DNA from: an uncultured Chloroflexia bacterium | Lineage (GTDB): Bacteria; Chloroflexota; Limnocylindria; Limnocylindrales; CSP1-4 | DNA: 64,000 nucleotides | Assembly: GCA_963719285.1 (NCBI GenBank) | Contig: CAVRBO010000004.1 | Location: 95,103 to 159,102, forward strand | Direction of reading: 5' to 3' | Shown here: one piece after another, positions 19,708-28,089 of the stretch | Position numbering within the stretch: the stretch's first letter is position 1 | Layout of the letters: every line of letters starts with the position of its first letter | The notes under the pieces: generated by a model | What the model was told of the DNA's origin: nothing | What the model saw: only the letters and a program-made list of their open reading frames with translations | The model's database searches: none | Program-made: the position numbers and the translations under genes

Positions 19708-20369
19708 GCAGGTCCGGACCGCGCGGCCCGACCGACGACGCGGAGAACCACCACCCTCTGGTCGAGGCGGTCGTCTTCGACCTCGGCGGCGTCTGCATCG
19801 ACTGGGACCCGCGCTACCTGTACCGGACGATGTTCGATGGCGACGACGAGGCGATGGAGCATTTCCTGGCCGAGGTCGCGACCCAGGACTGGAACGCCCA
19901 GATGGACGGGGGCATGCCCTGGGCGACCGCGATCGAGGCGCTGAGCCGCGAGCACCCGGAGTGGCGCCGTCACATCGAGGCGTTCCGGGGTCGGTGGGAG
20001 GAGATGCTCGGCGAGGCGATCCACGGGACCGTCGCGATCGTCGAGCGGCTCGCCACCGCGGGCATACCGATCTTCGCGCTGAGCAACTGGTCGGCCGATA
20101 CCTTCCCGCTCGCGGAGCCGCGCTACCCGTTCCTCCGGCTGTTCGACGGGATCGTCATCTCGGGGCGTGAGGGCGTGCGCAAGCCCGAGCCGCGGATCTT
20201 CCGGCTGCTCCTCGATCGCCACGCCCTCCGCGCCCGGACGACCGTGTTCGTCGACGATGTCGAGGACAACGTCATCGCCGCACGGTCGCTCGGGATGATC
20301 GCGCTCCGGTTCACCGACGCCGACGCTCTCCGGCACGATCTCGTGCGACTGGGACTGCCGGCCGGCTGA
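19704..20369 (+). CDS. HAD-family phosphatase
   Basis: VVFDLGGV, LSNW, KPEPRIF, FVDD...N; TTG start overlapping the upstream stop. Confidence 0.88.
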   Translation: MSRSGPRGPTDDAENHHPLVEAVVFDLGGVCIDWDPRYLYRTMFDGDDEAMEHFLAEVATQDWNAQMDGGMPWATAIEALSREHPEWRRHIEAFRGRWEEMLGEAIHGTVAIVERLATAGIPIFALSNWSADTFPLAEPRYPFLRLFDGIVISGREGVRKPEPRIFRLLLDRHALRARTTVFVDDVEDNVIAARSLGMIALRFTDADALRHDLVRLGLPAG

Positions 20370-20505
20370 CCCGGGGCACCGAAGCCCGGGGCGATGGTGC
20401 CGGGCATCCAGCCCGACCGCCGATACGGCACCTGGCTCATGGCGGGCGCCCGGGGCCGCTGCTAGACTCGCCCGGCTGACAGGGCACGCAGCTGGGACGC
20501 AGGGA

Positions 20506-21879
20506 GTGACTGGCGAGACACCTGGCCTGAGCGGGGGGATCGGGAGCGTCGTCGAGCCCGGCGGGGGATCGGCGGCCGGTGGCGTCGGAGCCGGTGGGAC
20601 GAGCGCGGGCGGCGCGGGTGCCGGCAGTGCGGGTGGAGCGGCCGGCGGCGTCGGAGCCGGTGCCGGGGGCACGGGCGGGCTCGGCGGTCTGCTCAGCAGC
20701 CCGATGGCGCCGGTCCTCATCGCGGGCGGCCTGAGCGGCATCATCGCCATGGGCGCACTCATCGCGCTCAACGTCGTGCCCGTCCACTCGAGCGGTTCGG
20801 GCGCCTCGCCGCGAGGGCTCGTCCTCGTCGCGTGCCCGGCCTCCGGGCCCGTGCTCGCCGTGGTCGACCCCGGCCAGAAGCTCCTCGTGACCGGTCGCTC
20901 GAGCGACGGCGCGTGGCTCCAGGTGTACCTGCCCGGCCCGGCCCTGCCGTACGCATGGGCCCCGGCGTCGGAGCTCCAGCCGAGTGGCGACACCGGCACG
21001 CTCCCGGTCGCGAGCTGCGAGGTCGCGGCGGCGAGCCCGTCCGGCACGCCGATCGTCGCCGTCGTGAGCCCGAGCCCGAGCCCGACGCCGACGCCGACGC
21101 CTGCGCCCACCCCCACCCCGGACGCGGGCCCGAAGCTCTCCGATCTCGGCCGCACCTCGGACACGATCTACCTGCCCAAGGCCGGTTGCACCCAGACCCC
21201 GGGATCGATCGCGATCTCGGTTTCGGCCTCGGATCCCGACGGGGTCTCGTCGGTCGACCTGTACTGGAGGCTACCCGGTCACCCATATGCCAAACGCGCG
21301 ATGACCCACGGATCGGGATCGACCTGGGCGGTACAGCTCTTCGCCAGGACCGACATCAAGGCGACCGGCACGGTGTCGTACTACGTCAAGGCTGCCGACG
21401 CGAGCTCGGGCAAGGTCACCCGCCGCACGCCGTCGACCGACGCGACGTTCGTGGTCAGGAACTGCGACATCCCGCCGACGGTCACCGGCTCGCTGATAAG
21501 TCAGAGCCAATACGGCAACTTCCTGTATGTACCGCTCAAGGCGTCTGCAATAGGCATCCCGATCTGCAGTCAGCTGAAGCCCGCAATCAATCAATTCGTG
21601 ATCCAGGCCAACGTGAGCGACCCGGACGACACGATCACCAGGGTCGTGTTCTCGTACACGCCGTACAAGGGCGCGGCGCACGCATTGGAATTGAGCCACG
21701 TCTCTGGCACCCTCTATCGGGGCATCCTCACGAACGCGAAATTCGCGAAACTTGCCACCATCGGCCCTTTCCGATTCTCTGGATTCTTCGTGGCGACGGA
21801 TGCGGCGGGCCGGACGTCTCCGCACAGACTTCCCGCCGTCGGCGCTCCTCTGAACGAGCAGGGTTGCTCGCCCTCATGA
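20506..21879 (+). CDS. Membrane-anchored protein with SH3-like and Ig-like domains
   Basis: Gly-rich N-terminus, TM helix, GPVLAVVDPGQKLLVTGRSSDGAWLQV...AWAP (SH3b-like), PT linker, two xxDPD-containing beta domains. Confidence 0.7.
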   Translation: MTGETPGLSGGIGSVVEPGGGSAAGGVGAGGTSAGGAGAGSAGGAAGGVGAGAGGTGGLGGLLSSPMAPVLIAGGLSGIIAMGALIALNVVPVHSSGSGASPRGLVLVACPASGPVLAVVDPGQKLLVTGRSSDGAWLQVYLPGPALPYAWAPASELQPSGDTGTLPVASCEVAAASPSGTPIVAVVSPSPSPTPTPTPAPTPTPDAGPKLSDLGRTSDTIYLPKAGCTQTPGSIAISVSASDPDGVSSVDLYWRLPGHPYAKRAMTHGSGSTWAVQLFARTDIKATGTVSYYVKAADASSGKVTRRTPSTDATFVVRNCDIPPTVTGSLISQSQYGNFLYVPLKASAIGIPICSQLKPAINQFVIQANVSDPDDTITRVVFSYTPYKGAAHALELSHVSGTLYRGILTNAKFAKLATIGPFRFSGFFVATDAAGRTSPHRLPAVGAPLNEQGCSPS

Positions 21880-23316
21880 CCATCACGATCCCGAGCTTCA
21901 CGCTCAAGAATTTCGGGCTCTATGCCGTCACGGGCATCCTGACCGCGGTCCTCACGTTCGGCCTCGCCTGGGTCGTCCTGCCCACGCCCGCGCCAACGCC
22001 GGTCGTGCCCGTTGGCGCGACGCCGCGCGAAGGAGCCCTGGGGTTCGGTCTCGTGCCCGACCCGAACACCGTCCCGAAGGCGCTCCCGGTCGTGCCCGGC
22101 GACGCCGTCATCACGCTCGTAACGTTCCACAAGGACAAGCCGCCGGCGCCCGGCGAGCGGGCCGGCTGGTGGACCTCGAGCGGCACGCCGCGCGTGCCAC
22201 AGATCACCCAGTTCGACGGCGGCCCGCTGCAGGGCGTGAACTGCACCATGGCCGCCGGGGCGATGCTCGCCCGGCTCGGCTACGGGATCGTCACGACCGG
22301 CACCCAGCTCCGCTCGTTCCAGTCCGACCAGGAAGGCGGCACGTCGCTGGCCAGCCTGAACGAGGCGATGGTGGCCGGCTGGGATGTCCACTTCGCCCGT
22401 GGCTGGATCACGCCCGACGGAACTGCGCGCGCTGCTATGGGCGGGCGCGGGCGCGGAGATCCAGCTCATCTACGGCGACGTGCCGGTCGCCCGGCGCCTC
22501 CAGGCCACGTTCACCGGCGCGCATTCGATCTACATCGACGCGTTCCGGCCGGCCGGTCCGGATGGCGAGGCGGCCTACTACGTGATGGACCCGATCGGCC
22601 GGCCGGACCGGGGCTACAACGGCGGCTGGTGGCCGGCGAGCGTGGTCGAGACCGCGGCGATGGACTTCGGCGGCGGCAGGATCATCACGGCCTGGGCCTT
22701 TGCCGGAGGGATCGCCCCCAACGGCCCGTATCCGTCCCTCCCGCCCGACGCCTACCCCACCCCCGAGCCGGGCGAGAGCGCTTCGCCGTCGCCGCTCACG
22801 TCGCTGCCGCCGGCCGACCCGTCGCCGCCCGACTACGCGAGCGGCGACCTCGTCCAGATCCCGGCGGACCTGCTCGACCTGTTCAGTGCCGGAGCGTTCG
22901 GCGGCGGCTCCACGCTCATCCCGGCACTCGGGATCTGCATCGGTCCGTCGCCGCCGGCGTCGTGTCCGGTCGGGATACCGGCGCTCTACCCGATCACGGG
23001 GAGCCCCCCGCCCACCGCTCCGCCGATCGCCCTGCCCCTGACCCTCGAGCTCCTGTACGCCGATTCACCCCAGCCCGGGATCGAGCGGGCGATCTTCAGC
23101 GCGCCCGACGGGATCGTCCCGACGCTCCAGTTCTGGCCGTCGAGCGGCACCGGGATCGTCGGGTCGGCCGACGTCCAGCAGGTGCTCCTGGACGGGACGT
23201 CCGTCTGGCTCGCGACGTTCCCGGTGCAGCAGGGTGGCTACCACTTCGTCGCCACCGGTGTGGGGGCCGGTGGGGCGGGGATCAGCCCGATCGGGACGGT
23301 GACGATCGGCCCGTAG
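21876..23316 (+). CDS. Membrane-anchored papain-like / C39-like cysteine peptidase (frameshift near 22417)
   Basis: N-terminal TM; QFDGGPLQGVNC, GAHSIYID and YVMDP give Q/C/H/D catalytic order; ATGA overlap with upstream gene. Confidence 0.7.
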
Positions 23317-23384
23317 CCGGAAACCGCACAGAGCGGGCTCGAGCCGCCGCGTGGGTGGCACCGCCGCAGGCGGGCGACGGGATG

Positions 23385-23528
23385 CTACCGGCGGGCGACG
23401 AGCAGGCTGACGATCCCGAGCGCTGCGATCGGCAGGAGGAGCAGGCCGAAGCCGCCCGGCACGAGGTCATGGAAGAACTGGAAGAAGTTGTGGGCCACGC
23501 TGCCGACGGTGTTGAAGAACTGGTCCAT
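23385..23528 (-). CDS. Small membrane protein (47 aa)
   Basis: MDQFFNTVGSVAHNFFQFFHDLVPGGFGLLLLPIAALGIVSLLVARR; AGGGA SD; typical codon usage. Confidence 0.65.
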   Translation of the reverse strand: MDQFFNTVGSVAHNFFQFFHDLVPGGFGLLLLPIAALGIVSLLVARR

Positions 23529-23659
23529 CGCGAAGTCCCTGCGTCGGACACTCGTTGGGGCTCCGCCGCGCGTCGAGTATCGCCCGCTCGACGCGCCCGA
23601 TACAAGGGGCCTCACGCTCGCGTGTCGCCTGGACGCGCCAGCCGTTGGTCAGGGCGGGG

Positions 23660-24136
23660 CTATGACAGCCGGTGCGGGTCGGGCTCCGGCGGACGGTCGT
23701 ACGGCTCGAACTCGAACGACCCGCCCGCCTGCTTGCGGACCCGGTAGAACTCGAGCCGATAGGACGCGTACATCTCGCTGACGATCGCGCTCGCCAGGGC
23801 ATGGGCAGGACGGCCGGCCGCGGCGCGCGCGTGCGCACGGTCGTCCCACAGGCAGAACGAGAGGCATTCGCCGCCCTCCGTCGTCGCGCCCTTGTAGTAG
23901 TGGACGAAGCCGGGAGCGGTGCTGGCCTCGAGGTGGGCCGCGTCGTCGAGCGTCTCGAGGAGGTGCTCGTCGGCATCCGGCTGGCGGACGGAGCGGAAGC
24001 AGACCAGGTACCACTCGCCCGCGTCGATCGTGTCGGCGAGCGCGGCCCAATCGAACGCCTCGCCGATCGGTTTGGTCGCGTAGATGCCCGGGGTGGGGGC
24101 AAGCCGCTCGAACGCGGGGCGCGACACGAGGTCCAT
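23660..24136 (-). CDS. Uncharacterised ABM-like protein (UPF0643-like)
   Basis: WYLVCFRS, LDDAAHLEA, GFVHYYKG, CLSFCLW, PAH...EMYASY; family assignment is from recall. Confidence 0.65.
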   Translation of the reverse strand: MDLVSRPAFERLAPTPGIYATKPIGEAFDWAALADTIDAGEWYLVCFRSVRQPDADEHLLETLDDAAHLEASTAPGFVHYYKGATTEGGECLSFCLWDDRAHARAAAGRPAHALASAIVSEMYASYRLEFYRVRKQAGGSFEFEPYDRPPEPDPHRLS

Positions 24137-24167
24137 GTCAGCGCACGGTAACAGGAAACGCGCGCGA

Positions 24168-24207
24168 TTTCCATATGGCGGGATACGTCGATTCTACTAA
24201 TTGGAAT
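24168..24207. promoter_or_regulatory. Tandem candidate IclR-type operators
   Basis: TTTCCA-N5-CGGGAT (24168-24184) and ATTCTA-N5-TGGAAT (24191-24207); AT-rich patch upstream of a minus-strand TACCGT -10 (24145-24150). Confidence 0.5.
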
Positions 24208-24216
24208 CGGCGGAGG

Positions 24217-24996
24217 TCAGGGTGCGGTGTCGTCCTGAAGGGCCGCCACGATCGTCTCTGCCGCCGACCCGAGCAGTCGGCGCGTGCGTGCTTGCCAATC
24301 GAGGCCACACCGTGATGACGGACCGGTCACGGCCAGCGCGGCGACGATGCCGTCTTCCCGGACGATGGGAACGGCGATAGCCACCGAGCCGGCGATGAAC
24401 TCGCCCTCGCTCGTCGCGAAGCCCGTCCGGACGATCCGCGCCAGGCCGTCCCGCAGGACGGCTTCGGTCGGGGTGTCCGGGGTCAGCGGCTGGATCCCGC
24501 CCAGGACGACCTCTTCGAGGATCTCCGGCGGGGCGAACGCGAGCAGCACCCGCGCCGGCGCTCCCGCGTAGAGCGGGGCCATGGAGCCCGGCTCGATCGA
24601 GACGCGGAGCGGCTCACGCGCCTCGACCTGATGGAGGCAGACGGCGGACAGGGCCGCGCGGCGCATGACGATCGCGGACTCGCCGGTCTCTTCGGCGAGG
24701 AGGCGCAGGACAGGGTCGGCGATCCGGACCAGGCGCTGGCTCGTGACCTTGGAACCCGTCCCGATGGACAGCCGCGCTCCGAGCCGGTAGCGACCGTCCC
24801 GTCGATCGATGAAGCCGAACTCGGTGAGCGTCCGGAGGTACCGGTAGACCGTCGAGAGGGGCATCTCCAGGACGCCGCTCAACTCGTCGGCGCGCAGCTC
24901 GCCCCGATCCGCCACGGTCAGGATGAGGCGCAGGCCGCGAGCGAAGGACGTATCCTCCGACGCCTCCTCGGGTGGGCGCTCGAGTGCGGTCGTCAT
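24217..24996 (-). CDS. IclR family transcriptional regulator
   Basis: SFARGLRLI, STVYRYLRTL HTH, LAEETGES, PLYAGAPARVLLAF, IAVPI. Confidence 0.92.
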   Translation of the reverse strand: MTTALERPPEEASEDTSFARGLRLILTVADRGELRADELSGVLEMPLSTVYRYLRTLTEFGFIDRRDGRYRLGARLSIGTGSKVTSQRLVRIADPVLRLLAEETGESAIVMRRAALSAVCLHQVEAREPLRVSIEPGSMAPLYAGAPARVLLAFAPPEILEEVVLGGIQPLTPDTPTEAVLRDGLARIVRTGFATSEGEFIAGSVAIAVPIVREDGIVAALAVTGPSSRCGLDWQARTRRLLGSAAETIVAALQDDTAP

Positions 24997-25083
24997 GGTC
25001 GTTGATCCTCCCCGGTTCCCGATCAAGGGTACGGCCTCAAGCCCGATCCGGTTCATCTGGATCGGCCGGGCCGCGGCCCGCGG

Positions 25084-26271
25084 TCAGCCGGCGACGGACG
25101 CCAGGAGGGCGGCGGCTTCGGCCTCGGTCGGCATCCGGGGCGTGTTGTTGATGGCCGGATCGTCGAGCGCGTCACGGACGATGACCGGGAGCAGGCCGGC
25201 ATCGATGCCGAGCTCACGCAGGGTCCGGCGCTGGTCGACGGAGCGGAGGAGGGCGAGCACTCCGGCGACGGCGGCGCGGGCCGCGGATGCAGGTCGGTCC
25301 GCGGGCGCGGCGACCCCGAGGGCGATGCCGGCGAGGGCGAGCTCACGCGGCCGGACGTCGAGGTCGAAGGCGAGGACCTCCGGCAGGACCGTCGCGAGGG
25401 CCGTCCCGTGGGGGAGCCGGCCGCGCGCCCCGATCGAATGACCGAGCGCATGGACGAGGCCCACGCCCGTGCCGCTGGCCTGTCCCAGGCCGGCCAGGTG
25501 GGACGCCACCAGGAGCTGGCTGCGCGCCTCGATGTCCGAGCCGTCCGCGACCGCCCGCGGAAGCCATTCGCCGACGGTCCGGATCACGGCCAGGGCGATC
25601 GCCTCGGCGAACGGGTTCGGGTTGCGCGACAGGAGCGACTCGAGCGAGTGGGTGAGCGCGTCGACGCCGGTCGCGCCGGTGATGGCCGGCGGCAGCCCGA
25701 GGGTGAGCTCCGGGTCGAGGATGCACGCTCGGGGCATGACGCTCCGGTGGCCGATGTATGTCTTGCGCCCGCTCGACTCGTCCGTGATGACGCCGTAGAT
25801 GTTCGTCTCGGCCCCGGTCCCGGCGGTCGTGGGAACGGCGAGGATCGGCCGGCCCGGTGCGACGTCGTCGTTCTCGTAGCCGAGGTCCGCCACCCCCATG
25901 TCATTGGTGGCGTAGAGCGACAGCACCTTGGCCGTGTCCATCGACGAGCCACCGCCGACCGCGACGACGATGACGTCATCCAGGCCGAAAGCCCGGAGCG
26001 CGGCGCCGCCGCGCTCGACCACGCCCAGCCCCGGGTTCGGCTCGACGTCGCCGAACACCGCCGTCTCCATGCCGTCCTCGGCCAGGATCCCGGCCACGGT
26101 GGCCGTGACGCCGGACTCGACGACACCCGGATCGGACACGATGAAAGCCCGCGCGTCGGGACCGCCACCGATCTCCCGGACCACCGCGGCCAGGTCGTCG
26201 ATCGCGCCGACGCCGAACCGGGTGCGGTCGCGCACGAGCAGGTTGATCGTCCGGTCCGAGAGCGCGGTCAT
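25084..26271 (-). CDS. Iron-containing alcohol dehydrogenase
   Basis: VEPNP, GGGSSMDTAK, PTTAGTGAE, DALTHSLE, VHALGH, HG. Confidence 0.92.
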   Translation of the reverse strand: MTALSDRTINLLVRDRTRFGVGAIDDLAAVVREIGGGPDARAFIVSDPGVVESGVTATVAGILAEDGMETAVFGDVEPNPGLGVVERGGAALRAFGLDDVIVVAVGGGSSMDTAKVLSLYATNDMGVADLGYENDDVAPGRPILAVPTTAGTGAETNIYGVITDESSGRKTYIGHRSVMPRACILDPELTLGLPPAITGATGVDALTHSLESLLSRNPNPFAEAIALAVIRTVGEWLPRAVADGSDIEARSQLLVASHLAGLGQASGTGVGLVHALGHSIGARGRLPHGTALATVLPEVLAFDLDVRPRELALAGIALGVAAPADRPASAARAAVAGVLALLRSVDQRRTLRELGIDAGLLPVIVRDALDDPAINNTPRMPTEAEAAALLASVAG

Positions 26272-26504
26272 GCGACGACTGTATCCGTCGTCGTGTCCCG
26301 CCGGATGGTCAGCCAGCGCCGGCAGCCGGCGCTGTGGAACCAGCGTTCCGTCGTGACCCCGTCCGGGTTCTCGAACATCCAGACCTCGTCGAGGTTGCGG
26401 GCGTCGTCACCTTCGATCCAGTCGGGGACCGGACGGCGTTCGCCGCCGAAGGCGAACTCGTCGATGGGTCGCCGGCCGCAGCGGGGGCAGTCGAGCCACA
26501 GCAT
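26268..26504 (-). CDS. soxD: Sarcosine oxidase subunit delta
   Basis: CPRCGRRPIDEF, ERWFHSAGCRRW, RDT. Confidence 0.9.
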   Translation of the reverse strand: MLWLDCPRCGRRPIDEFAFGGERRPVPDWIEGDDARNLDEVWMFENPDGVTTERWFHSAGCRRWLTIRRDTTTDTVVA

Positions 26505-27712
26505 CAGCGCGTCCCCGTCGAGCCCTGATCGGCCAGGACGTGGTCACGCGCGAACCGGTCCAGCCCGAACGGGGCGATGAGCGCCGGTGGTCGCCCGGTC
26601 GCGATGAGCTCGGCCATCGCCTCGCCGCCGGCCGGGATGGCCTTGAAGCCCCACGTCCCCCAGCCGGTCGTGACCAGGAACCCCGGGACGCCGGTCTCGC
26701 CCATGATCGGGCTGAAGTCGGCCGAGATGTCGCAGATGCCGGTCCACGACCGCAGGATCCGCAGGTCGCGCAGGAACGGCAGGAGGTGGGTCACCTTGTA
26801 CGAGAAGCTGCGCAGGGCGTCGAACGACGACCGCCGCGAGTACGAGGGCTGGCTGTCGAACTCGGCGCCGATGAGCATCTGGCCGCGTTCGGTCTGGGAC
26901 ACGTAACAGAACAGCTCCGTGTCGCTGACGATCGGCGCGAACCCCTGCGTGTAGTTGTTGGTCACGAACGCCTGCAGCGGATGGGTGCGGATCGGGAGCC
27001 GGACGCCCGCGTGGGCGGCCATCTGGGTGACCCGGCCGCCGGTGGCGCTGAGGACCACGCCGGCGGCGATCGGGCCGCGCGCCGTCTGGACTCCGACGAC
27101 CCGATCGCCGGTGCGGACGAGGCCGGTCACGGGCGTGTGCTGGACGACGTGCACGCCCCGCGCCATCGCGCCCGAGGCGAACGCCCAGGCGACCCGGTCG
27201 TGCCGGGCCGTGGCCGCCTTGAGGTGGTGCGAGGCGCCGAGGACCGGGTAGCGGCCGCCGCCGGTCAGGTCGATCTGGGGGCAGAGCGCCTTGATCTCGG
27301 CCGGGGTGACCATCACGGTCTCGGCTCCACAGGCCGTGTTCAGGAGGCAGCGTGCCCGCTCGGCCCGCAGGGCCATCTCGGTGTGGGCCAGCCAGATGAG
27401 GCCCTTGGTCTGGTGGAGGATGTCGGCGCCGGTCTCGTCCTCGAGCGCCGCGTACATCTCCAGGCTGTGCTCATAGAAGCGGATCGCTTCCGGGATGCCG
27501 TAGTTCGCCCGGATGATCGTCGTGTTCCGGCCGGTGTTGCCCGACGCGATGTAGTCGGCCTCGAGCACCGCCACGTTCGTGATCCCGTGGCGGGTCGCCA
27601 GGTAGTAGGCGGTCGCCAGGCCGTGGCCGCCGGCCCCCACGATGACGACGTCGTAGGCGGCCTTCGGCTCGTCCCAGCGGAGCGGGAGCAGGGTGTCGAC
27701 GAGCTCGCTCAC
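26504..27712 (-). CDS. soxB: Sarcosine oxidase subunit beta
   Basis: VGAGGHGLATAYYLA, GNTGRNTTIIRANY, ARHDRVAWAFA, GWGTWGFKA. Confidence 0.9.
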   Translation of the reverse strand: MSELVDTLLPLRWDEPKAAYDVVIVGAGGHGLATAYYLATRHGITNVAVLEADYIASGNTGRNTTIIRANYGIPEAIRFYEHSLEMYAALEDETGADILHQTKGLIWLAHTEMALRAERARCLLNTACGAETVMVTPAEIKALCPQIDLTGGGRYPVLGASHHLKAATARHDRVAWAFASGAMARGVHVVQHTPVTGLVRTGDRVVGVQTARGPIAAGVVLSATGGRVTQMAAHAGVRLPIRTHPLQAFVTNNYTQGFAPIVSDTELFCYVSQTERGQMLIGAEFDSQPSYSRRSSFDALRSFSYKVTHLLPFLRDLRILRSWTGICDISADFSPIMGETGVPGFLVTTGWGTWGFKAIPAGGEAMAELIATGRPPALIAPFGLDRFARDHVLADQGSTGTR

Positions 27713-28089
27713 CGGAGGCGATCCTCCAGCTCGTCGGCGTACGCGGCCAGGGTCAGGAGCAGGGCCCTGTCGTCCTCGATCCAGAGCTTGGCCGGCACGC
27801 CTGCGATCGTGCCCTGGACGAGGACCGGGCGCGCCTCGGGCAGCGGCCACTCCAGGTGCGGCACGACGAGGCGGAACAGCTCCTCGGTGGTCAGCCACGC
27901 GCCGGCGAACCCGGTCTCCGATTCCAGGATCGCGTCGGGATCGACGAACGTTCCGCCGGCCGCGCCGATGGCGAACACCTCGTCCGGAGCGAACCGGAGG
28001 ACGAGCGGGTCGCCCTCCCAGCGGGCCGAATCGAGGGCGGCCGGGTCGGCCACGACCCGTCCTCCGCGGAGGGTCTCAAGCACGGGCAC
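27709..28089 (-). CDS. Sarcosine oxidase gamma-like subunit
   Basis: LRFAPDEVF and AAYADELEDRL motifs; overlaps both neighbours in the sox cluster. Confidence 0.6.
   Translation of the reverse strand: MPVLETLRGGRVVADPAALDSARWEGDPLVLRFAPDEVFAIGAAGGTFVDPDAILESETGFAGAWLTTEELFRLVVPHLEWPLPEARPVLVQGTIAGVPAKLWIEDDRALLLTLAAYADELEDRLR

Noticed and set aside
18723-20369. Apparent flippase-HAD fusion protein (548 aa)
   Set aside because: A +1 shift near 19538 restores a normal flippase C-terminus ending at 19707, and the HAD has its own overlapping TTG start; the fusion is an artefact.
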